Assembly: GCA_963827235.1 (NCBI GenBank)
Contig: CAWHAE010000012.1
Span: 288,001-352,000 of the forward strand
Length of the DNA stretch: 64,000 nt
Direction: 5' to 3'
Source: an uncultured bacterium
GTDB taxonomy: Bacteria; Chloroflexota; UBA5177; JANWHV01
The notes below the pieces were generated by a model. The model did not search any database. It was not told where the DNA came from and was given only the letters and a program-made list of their open reading frames with translations. Numbering within the stretch: the first letter of the stretch is position 1; each line of letters begins with the position of its first letter. Shown here piece after piece: positions 57,139-64,000 of this stretch. The translations under genes were made by a program, and so were the position numbers.

Positions 57139-59667
57139 CTACCGTGGCCCCATGCTCAGGATGGTGCCCAGGCCCACGGCCCAGCCATGCCGGCTATCGG
57201 TGAGCGCCGTGCTGATGAGCGGGCGGGTGGTGCCGCTGAGCTGAGGTTCCCAGGTGCTGCCGCCGTCTGTGGTTCGTAGCATGCTGCCGGACCAGCCCAC
57301 AACCCAGCATATCTGGGCGTTCACACACGAGATGGAAAAGAGCTGCTGGCCCGTGCCGCTGTCCTGCGCATTCCAACTGGCGCCGCCGTTGGTCGTTGCC
57401 AGAATCGTGCCCGAGTCCCCGACGGCCCAGCCGTGCCGGCTATCGCTGAAGGCTACACCGCGCAGCGCCTTGTGGGTGGGGCTACTTTGCGTGTGCCAGG
57501 TAGCGCCACCGTCGGAGGTGTGCAGGATAGTCCCGGACGAGCCGACCGCCCAGCCGTGTCCCGCGCCGGCAAAGGCCACTGCCAACAGGTCTTTGTTGCT
57601 GGGGCTGCCTTGCGCGTGCCATGTTACGCCGCCATCAGCGGTGTGCAGGATGGTGCCGGACATGCCGGCGATCCATCCCTGCCGAGCACCGGTAAAGTCC
57701 ACGTCGCGCAGCTCTTCGCGGGCGCCGCCGATCTGGGCTTGCCAGGTGGCGCCTCCGTCCGCGGTATGCAAGATGGTGCCGGACGTGCCGACGGCCCAGG
57801 CAAGCCGGTCGCCCGACGCTGCCACGCCCTCGAGGTTCTCGCCGGTTCGGCCGGCCTGCAGATGCCAGGATCGGCCGCCGTCTGCAGTGTGCAGGATGGA
57901 ACCACGGCCGCCTACCGCCCAAGCGTTCTCCCGACTTGCCGCGACGGCGTGAAGGTCCTGGCCATGGCCGGCGGGCACGCTGGTCCAGGCGGCACCCCCA
58001 TTGCCACGGCCGAGCACCCAGGGTCCGCTTACCGGTAGGGTAGCAGGAGCATGGAGGGTGGCGGCGAAGATCTTGACGATGCCAGGATTGCCGTTCGGGC
58101 CATCGCTTCCCGACGCGCCCACGTTCCCCTCGTTGTCTGAAGCAGTGCCGGCTGCGCCGCCGGCGCCGCCGAGTACGGAGAGCGTGCCCGTGAGCTGCAG
58201 ATCGCCGGCCAGTAGGAGTATTCCGCCCCCGGAGCCGCCGCCACCGCCGTCACCGGCCCCGCTACAACCCGAGTCCGGCGTGCAGGCGCCGCAGCCACCA
58301 GGGTCGCCGCTGCCACCGTTGGCCGAGATCGTGCCGCCGATCACCATTCTCTGAGCAAGCAGGACGATGGCGCCGCCGCCTTTACCGCCGAAGCCGTCGT
58401 CGTGGCCGGAGCACGACTCCATGCCGGCGGCGCCATTCTGGCCGGCGACACCGGGATGGGGAAAGCGCTGGTCGGGATTGGGCGTGCCTGCGGAGGCGTA
58501 GGTGCCCGTGGCCTCTCCGGTCGGGTGCGCGCTGCCCGTGGCGGCCAGGATCGCCCCGGCACCCACGTAGAGCGTCTCGGTGCGCAGAATGAGCGTGGAT
58601 CCGGCCAGCAGCGTTGCGCCGGTCGACAGGCAGACGTGCGGGTACGTGTGGTCGCCCGAGAGGGTCAGGCGACTACTCTGGCCCAGGCTCAGGTCGCCGG
58701 TGCCGCAGGCCATGCCCGATGTCGCCTGGGCAAGGGAAAGGATGGGCTGCCTGGCGGGGCCCGGCTGCAGCTGGCCGAGGCTGGACGCCGCCGGGGGCAG
58801 CGGCGGCAGGGCGGCGGCCTGTGCCGCGGTCAGCGCCGCCGCAGCCACCTTACCAGTGGGCCCGGGCGAGCCGCCCGGACTACCGGCGGCGCCCCCAAGA
58901 GCCTTCGCGCGCACCGTCAGGCTCGCGTCCAGTAGCGACGGCAGCAGCAGAGTGACCGTGCCTCCCTTGCCGCCGTTGCCGCCCACGAGCTGGCTGGAAT
59001 CGGAGCTCGAGGTATCGCCGCCGGTGCTGTCGCCGGCATCGTTGCCACCGCCGCCGCCGTCTGCACTGATGGTGCCTTCCAGGTCAAGCTGCGCGGTCTG
59101 GAGGGTGATGCTGCCACCATCCCCACCATCAGCGGCAGGCTGGGGGCTATCGCACGGGCCGGGCCCGCTGGCCGAGACGGGGTAGATATGCACTGCATCC
59201 GAGCCGTTGCCGCCGTTCGCGGCGATGGAGCCCAGAATCACGGCGCGCCGAGCCGCGATAGCGATGGTGCCGCCGGCGTCGCCGCTACTGCCGCAATCTC
59301 CCGGAGCTCCGTTGGCCTGAATGCTGCTCGATGCATCCACGTAGAGCTCGCCCACGCGCAGGTTCAGGCCGGAGGCGAGCAGGGTGCCGTCGTCCAGCAC
59401 GCACACGCGGCCGTAGGCGAGGTCACCGCTGAGGTCTGCCGTGCCCTTATCCACCAGGACATCGCACAGCGCGGCGGGCGGAGCGCCGGTACCCGACGGC
59501 GAGGCCGGTGAGACCACTGCACCGCGGGCACCGGCGGCGGTGCTGCCGGCGAGGCCGCCGGTGCGAAGGGGTAGCAGCCAGAGCACCAACGCCGCCAGGA
59601 GGAGCAAAGGTGGCGCGGCGGATCGTCGCCGGGTCCACAAGCCCTTGTCGTAGCCAGCGCGCGCCAT
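57139..59667 (-). CDS. secreted Gly-rich repeat protein with C-terminal YCF48/BNR beta-propeller
   Basis: Signal peptide, GGxGGxIxL...GTISANGG repeats in a duplicated module, and six full plus one partial WAVGxxGTILHTxDGGxTW repeats. Confidence 0.8.
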   Translation of the reverse strand: MARAGYDKGLWTRRRSAAPPLLLLAALVLWLLPLRTGGLAGSTAAGARGAVVSPASPSGTGAPPAALCDVLVDKGTADLSGDLAYGRVCVLDDGTLLASGLNLRVGELYVDASSSIQANGAPGDCGSSGDAGGTIAIAARRAVILGSIAANGGNGSDAVHIYPVSASGPGPCDSPQPAADGGDGGSITLQTAQLDLEGTISADGGGGGNDAGDSTGGDTSSSDSSQLVGGNGGKGGTVTLLLPSLLDASLTVRAKALGGAAGSPGGSPGPTGKVAAAALTAAQAAALPPLPPAASSLGQLQPGPARQPILSLAQATSGMACGTGDLSLGQSSRLTLSGDHTYPHVCLSTGATLLAGSTLILRTETLYVGAGAILAATGSAHPTGEATGTYASAGTPNPDQRFPHPGVAGQNGAAGMESCSGHDDGFGGKGGGAIVLLAQRMVIGGTISANGGSGDPGGCGACTPDSGCSGAGDGGGGGSGGGILLLAGDLQLTGTLSVLGGAGGAAGTASDNEGNVGASGSDGPNGNPGIVKIFAATLHAPATLPVSGPWVLGRGNGGAAWTSVPAGHGQDLHAVAASRENAWAVGGRGSILHTADGGRSWHLQAGRTGENLEGVAASGDRLAWAVGTSGTILHTADGGATWQAQIGGAREELRDVDFTGARQGWIAGMSGTILHTADGGVTWHAQGSPSNKDLLAVAFAGAGHGWAVGSSGTILHTSDGGATWHTQSSPTHKALRGVAFSDSRHGWAVGDSGTILATTNGGASWNAQDSGTGQQLFSISCVNAQICWVVGWSGSMLRTTDGGSTWEPQLSGTTRPLISTALTDSRHGWAVGLGTILSMGPR

Positions 59668-59977
59668 GATGCAGCTCCTTTCACGCTCTGTTCAGGTCGC
59701 CATCCCTTCGGGCGACGGCGGGCAGTCGCCAATCCTCTTCGTCCGGTACTCACACCATACTTCCCGAAGCTTGCGGCCCTGTTGCACGCCGGGTGCCGAA
59801 GCGGCCTCTGGGAACAGCGGCGGTCTTGTGCTACGCCGCGACCAATCTTGGGAAGCAGGCCCTGTGGCCATGTGCCGCCTACCCGCCGTGTATGGCCAGC
59901 AAATAGTCTGCGGCGCGAGGCCGGAGCGTGGGTGCCCATGGTGAGCCCGGGCCAGCCATGGCGGTGGTGTGATCATG

Positions 59978-61312
59978 TCACTCGTCGAGATCGGCGCCCC
60001 AGTAGCGTGCGTACGCCTCGTCGTCCGACATCGGACGCGTGCTCGCCGAATGGCCCGATCCGCGCCAGTACTGTGCGCCGTTGTCGGATCGCTCGAGCCA
60101 GTGTGCGTCGACCAGGTCGCGGCGCACCGTCACGTGGTCGCGTACGTAGGGCGGCACGTGCTGCACGAGGAGCGCGTTGACCTCCTTCTCGCCGTAAACC
60201 TGGCTGGGGGAGAATCTGTCGGACAGGTAGCCGAGCAGCTCGCGCCGGTCGGCCTCTCCCGCCGGCCAGAGTCTCACACAGCCTTTGGCGTCCAGGAACC
60301 GTGCCAGGCCCTGCGGGTGTGCCGCCGCCTCGTTCTGGGCGTCGCCCGGCGCCGGCACCGCTAGAATGGCCCGGCCGAGGGCGGCGAGCGTGAAGTCGAG
60401 CTGGGCAGGCACAAGCCTGTAGCGCTTCCTGCCGTCTTTGTCTCGCCGCTCCTGCAGGAACGGTCTGAGCGACTTCAGATAGCGCGAGACGTTCGGCTGG
60501 CTGGTATCCAGCCGGTCCATCAGATCCTGCAGCGCGATGTCGTCGCGCTCGGCCACCGCGGCCAGAGTGCGCAGGCGCGCGGGCTCCGCCAAGGCGCTCA
60601 GACGGCCGACGAGCTCACCCTGGGAGACGCGGCCGGTCCGCAGCAGCAGGTCCTCGTGCAAGGCTGCGTCGAAGAACAGGTACAGGGATGTCCCGGCCTG
60701 CAAACGGACCGTGTGGCGGCCTGTATGCGGAGAGGGAACGAACACCACCACCCGCGTGTCCAGCCCGTATCCACTCGGCCGCGCGATCGAGCGCTGCAGA
60801 TTCTCCATGATCGTGGCCGGCGGTACACCGGAGCCGGGTGCCGAGTTGACCAGGTAGCCGGCCTGTGCCTGCAGGCGCCGCTCCACGCGCGCCCACTCGG
60901 ACGACAGGTAGCGTTCCCACAGCTCGGTCAGGTGCGCGACGACGGCGGCTTGCAGGCGAGCCGGTTCGCGCAGGAGCGCCGTCGCTGCTTCCGATGCCTG
61001 TTCCGCCCGTGCCGCGCCAATGCGCCCGCGCAGGTCGGCGGGGTCGGCGGCTCTCAGTGCCGCCAGGTACGATGGGAACTCCTGCTCCGGGCCGCCGGCC
61101 AGCAGCGCTTCGCCCAGCTCGTCGAACACCACGCGGTTGAGCCGGATCTGGGGCACGCTGAGCGCCGTCGCGGTCTGCCTCACCCACTCGCCGGCCGCCG
61201 GCATCTCGTCAAGCGCGTGCAGCAGTGAGAGACTGTTCAGCGCATTGTAGGCGGGCGCCAGGCGTACCGCTCCCTCCGGTATGTCAGCCGCCGCCCGGAA
61301 TACACCGGCCAT
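59978..61312 (-). CDS. ArsR-type HTH protein with C-terminal DUF2087-like domain
   Basis: ALAEPARL...SQPNVSRYLK and YGEKEVN...DHVTVRRDLVD...LER...YWR. RBS GAGGAGG. Confidence 0.8.
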   Translation of the reverse strand: MAGVFRAAADIPEGAVRLAPAYNALNSLSLLHALDEMPAAGEWVRQTATALSVPQIRLNRVVFDELGEALLAGGPEQEFPSYLAALRAADPADLRGRIGAARAEQASEAATALLREPARLQAAVVAHLTELWERYLSSEWARVERRLQAQAGYLVNSAPGSGVPPATIMENLQRSIARPSGYGLDTRVVVFVPSPHTGRHTVRLQAGTSLYLFFDAALHEDLLLRTGRVSQGELVGRLSALAEPARLRTLAAVAERDDIALQDLMDRLDTSQPNVSRYLKSLRPFLQERRDKDGRKRYRLVPAQLDFTLAALGRAILAVPAPGDAQNEAAAHPQGLARFLDAKGCVRLWPAGEADRRELLGYLSDRFSPSQVYGEKEVNALLVQHVPPYVRDHVTVRRDLVDAHWLERSDNGAQYWRGSGHSASTRPMSDDEAYARYWGADLDE

Positions 61313-61334
61313 CGGTCACCTCCTCGTATTTCCT

Positions 61335-61354
61335 ATATGCACATATGTGTATGT
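61335..61354. promoter_or_regulatory. imperfect palindrome, probable autoregulatory operator
   Basis: ATATGCACAT|ATGTGTATGT immediately upstream of the ArsR-like gene. Confidence 0.5.
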
Positions 61355-62116
61355 CTAGCAGGTTCAGTGTATGTGCTGTCGCGCCAACGGTCAACCACCG
61401 GCTGCCGCCCGGGTTAACCTGAAATCTGTGATCCGGCGCTTCGGTCCGCCGATCCTGGGACCGCGGTCGTCCCGGCCGCCTCCGCACGTGCCTGGCACGG
61501 CTTCCATCGCCGTGAGGCGCCGGACCCCTACTGCCTGGTATGCGCGCCGGGCACCGCGTCCTTCCAGGCACCGCTCCCGCGGCGACCACACGGCATTCGG
61601 GTGATCGCTTTGCGCCGAATGCCGTCCCGCACCACGGTCCGCGGCCAGGGGAGCACCTGCCCGCGGACTGCCTCCTTCCGCGACCTGCCGCGACGGGTGC
61701 ATGCCCAGCCCGAGGCCGAGCAGATCTGGGCGGACCGATTCAACGTACGCAGAGTCCGCGGGCGGCACCGCTCGTGCGCTGCCCGTGCCGCCGGCTCCAC
61801 GCCACGCGTCACGGTCGTCCGCTCTCCCGCCTCGCCACCCTCCGCCCGCCGGCAGCGGCGCCCCGATCCTTCCCAATCTGACCTGCAGAGCCCGCAAGGG
61901 ACGTGGTATGCTCAGGAGTGCGTACAGCTCAGCTCGCGCGGGACTGGTTGGGGCGCCTGGATCGAACGCCGAATCCCTGGACCACGTCTCGCGCGTGCTC
62001 CTCGTCCGCCACCCTCCCATATCCGCTGGTGTCGTCAACGCTCGTCGTGCATGGAGTAACAGGGTACCGTGGGTAGCGGCGGACGCCACAGGTCGTTTGA
62101 GGCGTGGATCCTGCCA

Positions 62117-63421
62117 ATGTGGCAGGCGGACGAGACGACAAGGCTCAACGTACGTTGGCTCTGCCGAGAGGTCGCTTGGGCCGGAGTGGGCGGCGGCATC
62201 GTCGTCAGTTTCCTCTCCATCTTCGCTCTCCGGCTGGGAGCCAGCGCTACCGAAGTCGGGCTGCTAACCACCGGGCCGGCCCTTGCCGGTATCATCTGCC
62301 CTCTGCCTTCCGCCCGCATAGTCAGCCGCCGCTGGGGCAAGCGCATCGTCGTGCTGCCGCTCGCCCTCAACCGCCTGCTGTACGCGGTCCTGGTGTGCGT
62401 GCCCATGGCCCCGTCTTCCATGCAGGTGCCGCTCCTCGTGGCCGCCGTCACGCTGGCCTCCGTCCCCGGCGCCCTCTTCACTACCGCGTTCGTGCCCCTG
62501 CTGGCCAAGGTCTTGCCCACCGAGATACGCGCGCACGTGGTCGGCGTGCGCAGCACGCTCAGCGGTCTCACGAGCACTCTCACCGTGCTCGTCGTGGGTA
62601 AGTTCCTCGACGTGTTGCGCTTCCCGCTCAACTTCCAGATCGCCTTCATCGTGGGGTTGATCACGACACAGATGAGCACGGCCCTGATCTCCCGCATCAC
62701 CGTGCCGGCCCTGAACGAGACACCGGCCGCGGCGCCCCGGTCGGCCGGCGCGTGGTCGCGGGCGAACCCGGAGGCGCGGCAGGAGCGGGCCGCTTTCTGG
62801 CGCTTCACCGTCGGTGCCTTCGTCTTCAATCTGGGCATATTCGTGCCCTCGGCGCTCTATCCAATCGTGCAGGTCGACAAGCTGCACGCCTCGAACGGTT
62901 GGATCGGCGCCATAGCCACCGCAGGCGGTTTGGCGGGCGTGATATGCTCGTCGTTGGCGGCCCGTGCCGTCACCCGGTACGGCAACCGCATGGTGCTGGT
63001 CGTGAGCGGCCTGGCCTACAGCGCCATGCCCATTGGCGCCGCCCTCGCACCCTCCGTTATGGTCTACATGTTCGTGGCCGCGGCCATGGGCGGTCTCGGC
63101 GCCTTTATCGGTATATCGCTCTTCCAGTGCCTACTCGACGCCGCGCCCGTGAGCCGCCAGACGCACTACACCGCGACGTATTCGATGGTCGTCAACGGGG
63201 CGGTTGCCGGCGGACCGTTGCTGGGCACCTTCTTGCTGGGCCTGTCCGGGCTCACGCTTGCCTTCGCCGTGGGCGCCGCCCTTATCTTCCTGGGCAGCCT
63301 CGGCCTCCTGGCGTCCGACCCCAACCGGCGCACTCGCCCGCCCGTCCGCCCGGTCCGCGGCCCGGCGCACCGCCCCGCAAGCCGGCATCCCGGCAAACGA
63401 GCGCCGGGCCGAGCCGGGTAG
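62117..63421 (+). CDS. MFS transporter
   Basis: About 12 hydrophobic segments and FALRLGASATEVGLL. Confidence 0.85.
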   Translation: MWQADETTRLNVRWLCREVAWAGVGGGIVVSFLSIFALRLGASATEVGLLTTGPALAGIICPLPSARIVSRRWGKRIVVLPLALNRLLYAVLVCVPMAPSSMQVPLLVAAVTLASVPGALFTTAFVPLLAKVLPTEIRAHVVGVRSTLSGLTSTLTVLVVGKFLDVLRFPLNFQIAFIVGLITTQMSTALISRITVPALNETPAAAPRSAGAWSRANPEARQERAAFWRFTVGAFVFNLGIFVPSALYPIVQVDKLHASNGWIGAIATAGGLAGVICSSLAARAVTRYGNRMVLVVSGLAYSAMPIGAALAPSVMVYMFVAAAMGGLGAFIGISLFQCLLDAAPVSRQTHYTATYSMVVNGAVAGGPLLGTFLLGLSGLTLAFAVGAALIFLGSLGLLASDPNRRTRPPVRPVRGPAHRPASRHPGKRAPGRAG

Positions 63422-63464
63422 AGGCTTGTCACTTCGTCCACAAATCAGCCGCCCCATGTGTTCC

Positions 63465-63515
63465 TTGACCTCGCCGGAATCCGTGCTACGATGGTGATAC
63501 TCGAACATATGTTCC
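63465..63515 (+). promoter_or_regulatory. sigma70-type promoter followed by a LexA (GAAC-N4-GTTC) box
   Basis: TTGACC (63465)-16 bp-TACGAT with an extended TG, then CGAACATATGTTCC at 63502-63515. Confidence 0.75.
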
Positions 63516-63538
63516 ATGAGCGAAAGCGAGGTCACCCC

Positions 63539-64000
63539 ATGCTCGACAGGCTGGCCGCTCCCACCACCGCTCGCCACCACACCGGTCCCCGCACCGCCCA
63601 GGGCAAAGCCGTCTCCAGCCGCAACGCCTGCACCCACGGTCTGCTCAGCCCCGACCCCGTCGCCACCCCCTACGAGCAGCCCGAGGCCTGGCTCGCCTAT
63701 CGCGACGCCATCGTGCGCGACCTCGCGCCCCACGGCGACCTGGAGACCATCCTGGCCGAGCGCATCGCCCTGCTGCACTGGCGGCAGGCGCGCATCGCCC
63801 GCCACGAGTGCGCCCTGATCACCCAGGACCAGGTGCGGCTCTCCCGGGAGCAGGCCGAGCGGCGCTTCGCCGTGCGCGAGGACCGCCCCTCCACCATGGC
63901 GGAGCTGGATGCCGAGCGGCGGTCCTGCAACGACCGCCTGGCGCTGCTGGAGCGCTGGGCGGTGCTGGAGCCGGAGGACGTGCTTACCGTGGCGGCGGTG
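63539..64000 (+). CDS. hypothetical protein with TGPRTxxGK..S..NA..HGL motif (3'-truncated; not in the ORF track)
   Basis: Frame is open to the window end: MLDRLAAPTTARHHTGPRTAQGKAVSSRNACTHGLLS...LAPHGDLETILAERIALLHWRQAR. RBS GAGG and strong GC3 bias. Confidence 0.75.
   Translation, partial: MLDRLAAPTTARHHTGPRTAQGKAVSSRNACTHGLLSPDPVATPYEQPEAWLAYRDAIVRDLAPHGDLETILAERIALLHWRQARIARHECALITQDQVRLSREQAERRFAVREDRPSTMAELDAERRSCNDRLALLERWAVLEPEDVLTVAAV

Noticed and set aside
61391-62089. ORFs between the ArsR-like and MFS genes
   Set aside because: Arg/Pro-rich translations without motifs on both strands; treated as intergenic.

Overview
A GC-rich bacterial chromosomal window, inferred to be Chloroflexota-like from its GAAC-N4-GTTC LexA-type box, BTAD/STAND/TPR regulators, DUF5666-like surface proteins and monoderm-type MacAB operon. 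I recognised no rRNA, tRNA, CRISPR array, transposase, integrase or phage core genes. The first ~25 kb is an accessory patchwork: gnd-zwf, an orphan MCP, an MFS transporter, several large secreted beta-propeller, Ig-like or Gly-rich proteins, one intact BTAD-STAND-TPR regulator and several decayed gene fragments. A recurring TACACAAG-containing motif lies upstream of three secreted-protein genes. At 27-37 kb is a MacAB-like ABC export operon whose adaptor is about 1440 aa, with two mirror-image arms of about 20 x 26-aa repeats each, flanked by two DUF5666-like genes. The 37-64 kb part is more housekeeping: CpaE-like ATPase, M24 peptidase, cytochrome c, NudC, KdpD-like kinase, a dynamin pair, GT4 and a nucleotidyltransferase-PMM fusion. 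It also holds a parA-parB cassette bracketed by three copies of the perfect 16-bp palindrome GTGCAGACGTCTGCAC (candidate new parS), about 9 kb from a near-canonical parS. Family assignments are by-eye motif recognition, not database searches, and several start codons were re-chosen from RBS position.
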